A stretch of DNA of 64,000 nt from Eledone cirrhosa (Eukaryota), in contig OZ024742.1 of NCBI GenBank assembly GCA_964016885.1, positions 348,688,001-348,752,000 of the forward strand. Direction: 5' to 3'. The notes under the pieces are model-generated. The model had not been told where the DNA came from, searched no databases, and saw only the letters and a list, made by a program, of their open reading frames with translations. This document shows positions 53,201 through 64,000 of the stretch, one piece after another (the stretch's first letter is position 1; every line of letters begins with the position of its first letter). Both the position numbers and the translations under genes were made by a program.

Positions 53201-55890
53201 AGGTGTTCTACTCAGGTGTGTTTGAACAGTTAAGGTGTTCTACTCAGGTGTGGGTGGACAGCTAGGGTGTTCTACGCAGGTGTGGTTGGACAGTGAAGGT
53301 GTTCTACTCAGGTGTGGTTGGACAGCTAAGGTGTTCTACTCAGGTGTAGTTGGACAGTTAAGGTGTTCTACTCAGGTGTGGTTGGACAGGTAAGATGCTC
53401 TACTCAGGTGTAGTTGGACAGTTAAGGTGTTCTACTCAGGTGTAGATGGACAGTTAATGTGTTCTACTGATGTGTGGTTGGTTAGTTAAGGTGTTCTACT
53501 CAGGTGCAGTTGGAGATTTAAGGAGTTCTACTCAGGTGTAGTTGGACAGTTAATGTGTTCTCCTCATGTGTGATTGGACAGTTAAGGTGTTCTACTGATG
53601 CGTGGTTGGACAGTTAAGGTGTTCTACTCAGGTGTAGTTGAACAGTTATGTTGTTCTACTCAGGTGTAGTTGGACAGTTAAGGGGTTCTATTCAGGTGTG
53701 GTTGAACAGTTAAGGTGTTCTACTGATGTGTGGTTGGACAGTTAAGGTGTTCTACTCAGGTGTAGTTTGACATTTAATTTATTCTACTCAGGTGTGGTTG
53801 GACAGTTAAGGTGTTCTACTGATATGTGGTTGGACAGTTAAGGTGTTCTACTGATATGTGGTTGATTAGTTAAGGTGTTCTACTCAGGTGAAGTTGAACA
53901 GTTAAGTTGTTCTATTCAGGTGTAGTTGGACAGTTAAGGTGTTCTACTCAGGTGTGGTTGGACAGCTAAGGTGTTCTACTCAGGTGTGGTTGGACAGTTA
54001 AGGTGTTCTACCGATGTGTGGTTGGTTAGTTAAGGTGTTCTACTCAAGTGTAGCTGGACATTTAAGGTGTTCTACTCAGGTGTATTTGAACAGTTAAGGT
54101 GTTCTACTCAGGTGTAGTTGGACAGTTAATGTGTTCTACTCATGTGTAGTTGAACAGTTAAGGTGTTCTCCTCAGGTGTGATTGGGCAGTTAAGGTGTTC
54201 TACTGATGTGTGGTTGGTTAGTTAAGGTGTTCTATTCAGGTGTAGTTGGACAGTTAAGGTGTTCTACTCAGGTGTAGTTGGACAGTTAAGATGTTCTACT
54301 CAGGTCTAGTTGGACAGTTAAGGTGTTCTACTCAGGTGTAGTTGGACAGTTAAGGTGTTCTACTGGTGTGTGGTTGGTTAGTTAAGGTGTTCTACTCAGG
54401 TGTAGTTGGACATTTAAGGTGTTCTATTCAGGAGTAGTTGGAAAGTTCAGGTGTTCTACTCAGGTGTGGTTGAACAGTTAAGGTGTTCTACTCAGGTGTA
54501 GTTGAACAGTTAAGGTGTTCTACTCAGGTGTGGTTGGACAGTTAAGGTGTTCTACTCAGGTGTGGTTGAACAGTTAAGGTATTCTACTCAGGTGTAGTTG
54601 GACAGTTACGGTGTTCTATTCAGGTGTGGTTGAACAGTTACGGTGTTCTACTCAGGTGTGGTTGGACAGTTAAGGTGTTCTACTCAGGTGTAGTTGAACA
54701 GTTAAGGTGTTCTATTCAGGTGTAGTTGGACAGTTAAGGTGTTCTACTCAGGTGTGGTTGAACAGTTAAGGTGTTCTACTCAGGTGTAGTTGGACAGTTA
54801 AGGTGTTCTACTCAGGTGTAGTTGGACGGTTAAGGTGTTCTATTCAGGTGTGGTTGAACAGTTAAGGTGTTCTACTGATGCGTGGTTGGACAGTTAAGGT
54901 GTTCTACTCAGGTATAGTTGAACAGTTAAGGTGTTCTACTCAGGTGTATTTGGACAGTTAAGATGTTCTATTCAGGTGTGGTTGAACAGTTAAGGTGTTC
55001 TACTGATGTGTGGTTGGACAGTTAAGGTGTTCTACTCAGGTGTAGTTTGACAGTTAAGGTATTCTACTCAGGTGTGGTTGGACAGTTAAGGTGTTCTACT
55101 GATATGTGGTTGGACAGATAAGGTGTTCTACTGATATGTGGTTGGTTAGTTAAGGTGTTCTACTCAGGTGAAGTTGAACAGTTAAGGTGTTCTATTCAGG
55201 TGTAGTTGGACTGTTAAGGTGTTCTACTCAGGTGTGGTTGAACAGTTAAGGTGTTCTACTCAGGTGTAGTTGGACAGTTAAGTTGTTCTACTCAGGTGTA
55301 GTTGGACAGTTAAGGTGTTCTACTCAGGTGTGGTTGGACAGTTAAGGTGTTCTACTGATATTTGGTTGGTTAGTTAAGGTGTTCTACTCAGGTGTAGTTG
55401 GACAGTTAAGGTGTTCTACTCAGGTGTAGTTGGACAGTTAAGGTGTTCTATTCAGGTGTGGTTGAACAGTTAAGATGTTCTATTCAGGTGTGGTTGGACA
55501 GTTAAAGTGGTCTACTCAGCTGTGGTTGGTTAGTTAAGGTGTTCTACTCAGGTGTAGTTGATCAGTTAAGGTGTTCTATTCAGGTGTAGTTGGACAGTTA
55601 AGGTGGTCTACTCAGGTGTAGTTGGACAGTTAAGGTATTCTACTCAGGTGTGGTTGGACAGTTAAGGTGTTCTACTCAGGTGTGGTTGGACAGTTAAGGT
55701 GTTCTACTGATGTGTGTTTGGTTAGTTAAGGGGTTCTACTCAGGTGTGGTTGAAGAGTTGAGTTGTTCTACTCAGGTCTGGCTGGACAGCTAAGGTGTTC
55801 TACTCAGGTGTGGTTGGACAGTTAAGGTATTCTACTGATGTGTGGTTGGATAGTTAAGGTGTTCTACTCAACTGTAGTTGGACATTTAAG
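50220..55890 (+). repeat. Tandem duplication of a 2816-bp (88-monomer) block, with a third partial copy at about 60300-61650
   Basis: gtgcagttggagattt 50691/53507 (+2816) and again at 60831. Also shared: gctagggt, aagatgctc, aatttattc, taccgatg, ttgggcag. The caggagtag...gaaagttcag variant is in the first two copies only. Confidence 0.9.
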
Positions 55891-58800
55891 GTGTTCTACT
55901 CAGGTGTAGGTGAACAGTTAAGGTGTTCTACTCAGGTGTGGTTGGACAGTTAAGATGTTGCACTCAGGTGTGGTTGAACAGTTAAGGTGTTCTACTGAGG
56001 TGTAGTTGGACAGTTAAGGTGTTCTATTCAGGTGTTGTTGAACAGTTAAGGTGTTCCACTTAGGTGTGGTTGGACAGTTAAGGTGTTCTATTCAGGTGTG
56101 GTTGAACAGTTAAGGTGTTCTACTGATGTGTGGTTGGACAGTTAAGGTGTCCTACTCAGATGTAGTTGAACAGTTAAGGTGTTCTATTCAGGTGTGGTTG
56201 AACAGTTAAAGTGTTCTACTCAGGTGTAGTTGGACAGTTAACGTGTTCTACTCAGGTGTAGTTGGACAGTTAAGGTGTTCTACTGGTGTGTGGTTGGTTA
56301 GTTAAGGTGTTCTACTCAGGTGTAGTTGGACATTTAAGGTGTTCTATTCAGGTGTAGTTGGACAGTTAAGGTGTTCTACTCAGGTGTGGTTGAACAGTTA
56401 AGGTGTTCTACTCAGGTGTAGTTGTACAGTTAAGGTGTTCTACTCAGGTGTGGTTGGACAGTTAAGGTGTTCTACTCAGGTGTGGTTGAACAGTTAAGGT
56501 TCTACTCAGGTGTAGTTGGACATTTAAGGTGTTCTATTCAGGTGTGGTTGAACAGTTAAGGTGTTCTACTCAGGTGTGGTTGGACAGTTAAGGTGTTCTA
56601 CTCAGGTGTAGTTGAACAGTTAAGGTGTTCTATTCAGGTGTAGTTGGACAGTTAAGGTGTTCTACTCAGGTGTGGTTGAACAGTTAATGTGTTCTACTCA
56701 GGTGTAGTTGGACAGTTAAGGTGTTCTACTCAGGTGTAGTTGGACAGTAAAGGTGTTCTATTCAAGTGTGGTTGAACACTTAAGGTGTTCTACTGATGCG
56801 TGGTTGGACAGTTAAGGTGTTCTACTCAGGTGTAGTTGAACAGTTAAGGTGTTCTACTCAGGTGTAGTTGGACAGTTAAGGTGTTCTATTCAGGTGTGGT
56901 TGAATAGTTAACGTGTTCTACTGATGTGTGGATGGACAGTTAAGGTGTTCTACTCAGGTGTAGTTTGACAGTTAAGATATTCTACTCAGGTGTGGTTGGA
57001 CAATTAAGGTGTTCTACTGATATGTGGTTGGACAGTTAAGGTGTTCTACTGATATGTGGTTGGTTAGTTAAGGTGTTCTACTCAGGTGAAGTTGAACAGT
57101 TAAGGTGTTCTATTCAGGTGTAGTTGGACAGTTAAGGTGTTCTACGCAGGTGTAGTTGGACAGTTAAGGTGTTCTACTCAGGTGTGGTTGGACAGTTAAG
57201 GTGTTCTACTGATATGTGGTTGGTTAGTTAAGGTGTTCTACTCAGGTGAAGTTGGACATTTAAGGTGTTCTATTCAGGTGTAGTTGGACAGTTAAAGTGT
57301 TCTATTCAGGTGTGGTTTAACAGTTAAGGTGTTCTATTAAGGTGTGGTTGGACAGTTAAAGTGGTCTACTCAGGTGTGATTGGTTAGTTAAGGTGTTCTA
57401 CTCAGGTGTAGTTGATCAGTTAAGGTGTTCTATTCAGGTGTAGTTGGACAGTTAAGGTGTTCTACTGATGTGTGGTTGGTTAGTTAAGGTGTTCTACTCA
57501 GGTGTAGTTGAACAGTTAAGGTGTTCTACTCAGCTGTGGTTGGACAGTTAAGGTGTTCTACTGATGTGTGGTTGGTTAGTTAAGGTGTTCTACTCAGGTG
57601 TAGTTGGACAGTTAAGGTGTTCTACTCAGGTGTGGTTGGACAGTTAAGGTGTTCTACTGATGTGTGTTTGGTTAGTTAAGGTGTTCTACTCAGGTGTGGT
57701 TGAACAGTTGAGTTGTTCTACTCAGGTGTGGCTGGACAGCTAAGGTGTTCTACTCAGGTGTGGTTGGACAGATAAGGTGTTCTACTGATGTGTGGTTGGA
57801 TAGTTAAGGTGTTCTACTCAGGTGTAGTTGGACAGTTAAGGTGTTCTACTCAGGTGTAGTTGGACAGTTAAGGTGTTCTATTCAGGTGTGGTTGAACAGT
57901 TAAGATGTTCTATTCAGGTGTGGTTGGACAGTTAAAGTGGTCTACTCAGCTGTGGTTGGTTAGTTAAGGTGTTCTACTCAGGTGTAGTTGATCAGTTAAG
58001 GTGTTCTATTCAGGTGTAGTTGGACAGTTAAGGTGGTCTACTCAGGTGTAGTTGGACAGTTAAGGTGTTCTACTGATGTGTGGTTGGTTAGTTAAGGTAT
58101 TCTACTCAGGTGTAGTTGGACAGTTAAGGTATTCTACTCAGGTGTGGTTGGACAGTTAAGGTGTTCTACTCAGGTGTGGTTGGACAGTTAAGGTGTTCTA
58201 CTGATGTGTGTTTGGTTAGTTAAGGGGTTCTACTCAGGTGTGGTTGAAGAGTTGAGTTGTTCTACTCAGGTCTGGCTGGACAGCTAAGGTGTTCTACTCA
58301 GGTGTGGTTGGACAGTTAAGGTATTCTACTGATGTGTGGTTGGATAGTTAAGGTGTTCTACTCAACTGTAGTTGGACATTTAAGGTGTTCTACTCAGGTG
58401 TAGGTGAACAGTTAAGGTGTTCTACTCAGGTGTGGTTGGACAGTTAAGATGTTGCACTCAGGTGTGGTTGAACAGTTAAGGTGTTCTACTGAGGTGTAGT
58501 TGGACAGTTAAGGTGTTCTATTCAGGTGTTGTTGAACAGTTAAGGTGTTCTACTTAGGTGTGGTTGGACAGTTAAGGTGTTCTATTCAGGTGTGGTTGAA
58601 CAGTGAAGGTGTTCTACTGATGTGTGGTTGGACAGTTAAGGTGTCCTACTCAGATGTAGTTGAACAGTTAAGGTGTTCTATTCAGGTGTGGTTGAACAGT
58701 TAAAGTGTTCTACTCAGGTGTAGTTGGACAGTTAAGGTGTTCTACTCAGGTGTAGTTGGACAGTTAAGGTGTTCTACTGGTGTGTGGTTGGTTAGTTAAG

Positions 58801-60300
58801 GTGTTCTACTCAGGTGTAGTTGGACATTTAAGGTGTTCTATTCAGGTGTAGTTGGACAGTTAAGGTGTTCTACTCAGGTGTGGTTGAACAGTTAAGGTGT
58901 TCTACTCAGGTGTAGTTGTACAGTTAAGGTGTTCTACTCAGGTGTGGTTGGACAGTTAAGGTGTTCTACTCAGGTGTGGTTGAACAGTTAAGGTTCTACT
59001 CAGGTGTAGTTGGACATTTAAGGTGTTCTATTCAGGTGTGGTTGAACAGTTAAGGTGTTCTACTCAGGTGTGGTTGGACAGTTAAGGTGTTCTACTCAGG
59101 TGTAGTTGAACAGTTAAGGTGTTCTATTCAGGTGTAGTTGGACAGTTAAGGTGTTCTACTCAGGTGTGGTTGAACAGTTAATGTGTTCTACTCAGGTGTA
59201 GTTGGACAGTTAAGGTGTTCTACTCAGGTGTAGTTGGACAGTAAAGGTGTTCTATTCAGGTGTGGTTGAACAGTTAAGGTGTTCTACTGATGCGTGGTTG
59301 GACAGTTAAGGTGTTCTACTCAGGTGTAGTTGAACAGTTAAGGTGTTCTACTCAGGTGTAGTTGGACAGTTAAGGTGTTCTATTCAGGTGTGGTTGAACA
59401 GTTAAGGTGTTCTACTGATGTGTGGATGGACAGTTAAGGTGTTCTACTCAGGTGTAGTTTGACAGTTAAGATATTCTACTCAGGTGTGGTTGGACAGTTA
59501 AGGTGTTCTACTGATATGTGGTTGGACAGTTAAGGTGTTCTACTGATATGTGGTTGGTTAGTTAAGGTGTTCTACTCAGGTGAAGTTGAACAGTTAAGGT
59601 GTTCTATTCAGGTGTAGTTGGACAGTTAAGGTGTTCTACTCAGGTGTAGTTGGACAGTTAAGGTGTTCTACTCAGGTGTGGTTGGACAGTTAAGGTGTTC
59701 TACTGATATGTGGTTGGTTAGTTAAGGTGTTCTACTCGGGTGAAGTTGGACATTTAAGGTGTTCTATTCAGGTGTAGTTGGACAGTTAAAGTGTTCTATT
59801 CAGGTGTGGTTTAACAGTTAAGGTGTTCTATTCAGGTGTGGTTGGACAGTTAAAGTGGTCTACTCAGGTGTGGTTGGTTAGTTAAGGTGTTCTACTCAGG
59901 TGTAGTTGATCAGTTAAGGTGTTCTATTCAGGTGTAGTTGGACAGTTAAGGTGTTCTACTGATGTGTGGTTGGTTAGTTAAGGTGTTCTACTCAGGTGTA
60001 GTTGAACAGTTAAGGTGTTCTACTCAGCTGTGGTTGGACAGTTAAGGTGTTCTACTGATGTGTGGTTGGTTAGTTAAGGTGTTCTACTCAGGTGTAGTTG
60101 GACAGTTAAGGTGTTCTACTCAGGTGTGGTTGGACAGTTAAGGTGTTCTACTGATGTGTGTTTGGTTAGTTAAGGTGTTCTACTCAGGTGTGGTTGAACA
60201 GTTGAGTTGTTCTACTCAGGTGTGGCTGGACAGCTAAGGTGTTCTACTCAGGTGTGGTTGGACAGATAAGGTGTTCTACTGATGTGTGGTTGGATAGTTA
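55370..60300 (+). repeat. Tandem duplication of a 2494-bp (78-monomer, -2 bp) block
   Basis: gaagagttgag 55752/58246 and the 2-bp deletion 56497/58991 both recur at +2494. ggtttaac and gacagataag also recur. Confidence 0.88.
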
Positions 60301-63300
60301 AGGTGTTCTACTCAAGTGTAGTTGGACATTTAAGGTGTTCTACTCAGGTGTAGTTGAACAGTTAAGGTGTTCTATTCAGCTGTAGTTGAACAGTTAAGGT
60401 GTTCTATTCAGGTGTAGTTGAACAGTTAAGGTGTTCTATTCAGGTGTGGTTGGTTAGTTAAGGTGGTCTACTCAGGTGTAGATGGACAGTTAAGGTGTTC
60501 TACTCAGGTCTAGTTGGACAGTTAAGGTGTTCTACTCAGGTGTGGTTGAACAGTTAAGGTGTTCTACTCAGGTGTGGGTGGACAGCTAGGGTGTTCTACG
60601 CAGGTGTGGTTGGACAGTGAAGGTGTTCTACTCAGGTGTGGTTGGACAGCTAAGGTGTTCTACTCAGGTGTAGTTGGACAGTTAAGGTGTTCTACTCAGG
60701 TGTGGTTGGACAGGTAAGATGCTCTACTCAGGTGTAGTTGGACAGTTAAGGTGTTCTACTCAGGTGTAGATGGACAGTTAATGTGTTCTACTGATGTGTG
60801 GTTGGTTAGTTAAGGTGTTCTACTCAGGTGCAGTTGGAGATTTAAGGTGTTCTACTCAGGTGTAGTTGGACAGTTAATGTGTTCTCCTCATGTGTGATTG
60901 GACAGTTAAGGTGTTCTACTGATGCGTGGTTGGACAGTTAAGGTGTTCTACTCAGGTGTAGTTGAACAGTTATGTTGTTCTACTCAGGTGTAGTTGGACA
61001 GTTAAGGGGTTCTATTCACGTGTGGTTGAACAGTTAAGGTGTTCTACTGATGTGTGGTTGGACAGTTAAGGTGTTCTACTCAGGTGTAGTTTGACAGTTA
61101 ATTTATTCTACTCAGGTGTGGTTGGACAGTTAAGGTGTTCTACTGATATGTGGTTGGACAGTTAAGGTGTTCTACTGATATGTGGTTGGTTAGTTAAGGT
61201 GTTCTACTCAGGTGAAGTTGAACAGTTAAGTTGTTCTATTCAGGTGTAGTTGGACAGTTAAGGTGTTCTACTCAGGTGTGGTTGGACAGCTAAGGTGTTC
61301 TACTCAGGTGTGGTTGGACAGTTAAGGTGTTCTACCGATGTGTGGTTGGTTAGTTAAGGTGTTCTACTCAAGTGTAGCTGGACATTTAAGGTGTTCTACT
61401 CAGGTGTATTTGAACAGTTAAGGTGTTCTACTCAGGTGTAGTTGGACAGTTAATGTGTTCTACTCATGTGTAGTTGAACAGTTAAGGTGTTCTCCTCAGG
61501 TGTGATTGGGCAGTTAAGGTGTTCTACTGATGTGTGGTTGGTTAGTTAAGGTGTTCTATTCAGGTGTAGTTGGACAGTTAAGGTGTTCTACTCAGGTGTA
61601 GTTGGACAGTTAAGATGTTCTACTCAGGTCTAGTTGGACAGTTAAGGTGTTCTACTCAGGTGTGATTGGAGAGTTAAGGTATTCTACTGATGTGTGGTTG
61701 GTTAGTTAAGGTGTTCTACTCAGGTGTAGTTGGACATTTAAGGTGTTCTATTCAGGTGTAGTTGGACAGTTAAGGTGTTCTACTGATGTGTGGTTGAACA
61801 GTTAAGGTGTTCTAATCAGGTGTGGTTGGACAGTTAAGGTGTTCTACTCATGTGTAGTTGAACAGTTAAGGTGTTCTATTCAGGTGTGGTTGGTTAGTTA
61901 AGGTGTTCTATTCAGGTGTGGTTGGTTAGTTAAGGTGGTCTACTCAGGTGTAGATGGACAGTTAAGGTGTTCTACTCAGGTGTGGTTGTTTACTTAAGGT
62001 GGTCTACTCAGGTGTAGATGGACAGTTAAGGTGTTCTACTGATGTGTGGTTGGTTAGTTAAGGTGTTCTACTCAGGTGTAGTTGAACAGTTAAGGTGTTC
62101 TACTCAGCTGTGGTTGGACAGTTAAGGTGTTCTACTGATGTGTGGTTGGTTAGTTAAGGTGTTCTACTCAGGTGTAGTTGGACAGTTAAGGTGTTCTACT
62201 CAGGTGTGGTTGGACAGTTAACGTGTTCTACTGATGTGTGTTTGGTTAGTTAAGGTGTTCTACTCAGGTGTAGTTGGACAGTTAAGGTATTCTACTCAGG
62301 TGTGGTTGAACAGTTAAGGTGTTCTACTCAGGTGTGGTTGGACAGCTAAGGTGTTCTACTGATGTGTGGTTGGTTAGTTAAGGTGTTCTACTCAAGTGTA
62401 GTTGGACATTTAAGGTGTTCTACTCAGGTGTAGTTGAACAGTTAATGTGTTCTATTCAGGTGTAGTTGAACAGTTAAGGTGTTCTATTCAGGTGTGGTTG
62501 GTTAGTTAAGGTGGTCTACTTAGGTGTGGTTGGTTAGTTAAGGTGGTCTACGTAGGTGTAGATGGACAGTTAAGGTGTTCTACGCAGGTGTAGATGGACA
62601 GTTAAGGTGTTCTACTCAGGTCTAGTTGGACAGTTAAGGTGTTCTATTCAGGTGTTGTTGAACAGTTAAGGTGTTCTACTCAGGTGTGGGTGGACAGCTA
62701 CTGTGTTCTACTCAGGTGTAGTTGGACAGTTAAGGTGTTCTACTCAGGTGTGGTCGGACAGGTAAGGTGTTCTACTCAGGTGTAGATGGACAGTTAAGGT
62801 GTTCTACTGATGTGTGGTTGGTTAGTTAATGTGTTCTACTCAGGTGTAGTTGGACATTTAAGGTGTTCTACTCAGGTGTAGTTGGACAGTTAAGGTGTTA
62901 TCCTCAGGTGTCATTGGACAGTGAAGGTGTTCTACTGATGTGTGGTTGGTTAGTTAAGGTGTTCTATTCAGGTGTAGTTGGACAGTTAAGGTGTTCTACT
63001 CAGGTGTAGTTGGACGGTTAAGGTGTTCTACTCAGGTGTAGTTGGACAGTTAAGGTGTTCTACTCAGGTGTGATTGGACAGTTAAGGTATTCTACTGATG
63101 TGTGGTTGGTTAGTTAAGGTGTTCTACTCAGGTGTAGTTGGACATTTAAGGTGTTCTATTCAGGTGTAGTTGGACAGTTAAGGTGTTCTACTGATGTGTG
63201 TTTGAACAGTTAAGGTGTTCTAATCAGGTGTGGTTGGACAGTTAAGGTGTTCTACTCATGTGTAGTTGAACAGTTAAGGTGTTCTATTCAGGTGTAGTTG

Positions 63301-64000
63301 AACAGTTAAGGTGTTCTATTCAGGTGTGGTTGGTTAGTTAAGGTGGTCTATTCAGGTGTAGATGGACAGTTAAGGTGTTCTACTCAGGTGTGGTTGGTTA
63401 CTTAAGGTGGTCTACTCAGGTGTAGATGGACAGTTAAGGTGTTCTACTCAGGTGTGGTTGGTTAGTTAAGGTGGTCTACTCAGGTGTAGATGGACAGTTA
63501 AGGTGTTCTACTCAGGCGTGGTTGGACAGTTAAGGTATTCTACTCAGGTGTGGTTGGACAGTTAAGGTGTTCTATTCAGGTGTAGTTGGACAGTTAAGGT
63601 GTTCTATTCAGGTGTAGTTGGACAGTTAAGGTGTTCTACTCAGGTGTAGTTGGACAGTTAAGGTGTTCTACCGATGTGTGGTTGGTTAGTTAAGGTGTTC
63701 TACTCAGGTGTAGTTGGACAGTTAAGGTGTTCTACTCAGGTGTGGTTGGACAGGTAAGGTGTTATACTCAGCTGTGGTTGGACAGTTAAGGTGTTCTACT
63801 GATGTGTGGTTGGTTAGTTAAGGTGTTCTACTCAGGTGTGGTTGAACAATTAAGGTGTTCTACTCAGGTGTGGTTGGACAGTTAAGGTGTTCTACTCAGG
63901 TGTAGTTGGACAGTTAAGGTGTTCTACTCATGTGTGGTTGGACAGTTAAGGTGTTCTACTCAGGTGTAGTTGGACAGTTAAGGTGTTCTACTCAGGTGTG

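Larger units (their letters stand above)
1..64000 (+). repeat. 32-bp tandem satellite array, about 2000 monomers, single orientation, running off both window ends
   Basis: The unit aggtgttctactcaggtgtagttggacagtta (32 bp) starts at 1, 33, 65 and so on, and the last unit starts at 63981 (= 1 + 2000x32 - 20). This agrees with the net -20 bp from the 17 indels I found. Consensus composition is A7 C4 G10 T11 (44% GC, G+T-rich on +, no CpG). No non-repeat sequence was seen. Confidence 0.99.

Noticed and set aside
1-64000. CRISPR array (32-bp repeat with a Cas12a-like hairpin)
   Set aside because: Units are directly adjacent with no unique spacers, leader or cas genes. Variation is point substitution propagated by block duplication.
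1-64000. Repetitive protein-coding ORF on either strand
   Set aside because: 32 is not a multiple of 3, so frames rotate. The palindromic TTAA in nearly every unit gives TAA on both strands, closing each frame about every 96 bp.
1-64000. Telomerase-made long telomeric repeat (G/T-rich strand with GGTGT, reminiscent of budding-yeast repeats)
   Set aside because: Rare variants are copied in kb-scale blocks, which indicates DNA-level duplication rather than templated addition. The unit and array are longer than known yeast telomeres, and there is no TTAGGG-type tract. A subtelomeric location is not excluded.
1-64000. G-quadruplex-forming array
   Set aside because: It has only GG dinucleotides with long spacing and almost no GGG runs, so any two-tier G4 would be weak and unsupported.
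1-64000. Embedded transposon, piggyBac-type insertion at TTAA sites, tRNA/rRNA gene or inversion
   Set aside because: The 32-bp phase is fully accounted for by 17 small indels. No foreign or reverse-complement (C/A-rich) segment was seen.

Overview
The whole 64 kb window is one uninterrupted, head-to-tail tandem array of a 32-bp monomer. The consensus is AGGTGTTCTA(C/T)TCAGGTGT(A/G)GTTG(G/A)ACAGTTA, and there are 2000 full copies plus a 20-bp partial. It looks like eukaryotic satellite DNA; I cannot name the family or the organism. I found no unique sequence, genes, RNA genes, transposons, inversions or CRISPR spacers. Protein coding is excluded because the palindromic TTAA at almost every monomer junction puts TAA in all six frames about every 96 bp. 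The information lies in the variant pattern. (i) There are only 17 indels, of 5 kinds, net -20 bp, which matches the phase at the window end. (ii) Substitutions are linked into recurring monomer types. (iii) Duplications are nested: tandem blocks of 1.7-3.5 kb (52-110 monomers) sit within and beside a roughly 12-13.5 kb macro-block present about three times. (iv) The monomer is an imperfect inverted repeat, and its three commonest polymorphisms are compatible with G-U pairing. I see no evidence for a new gene-based system.
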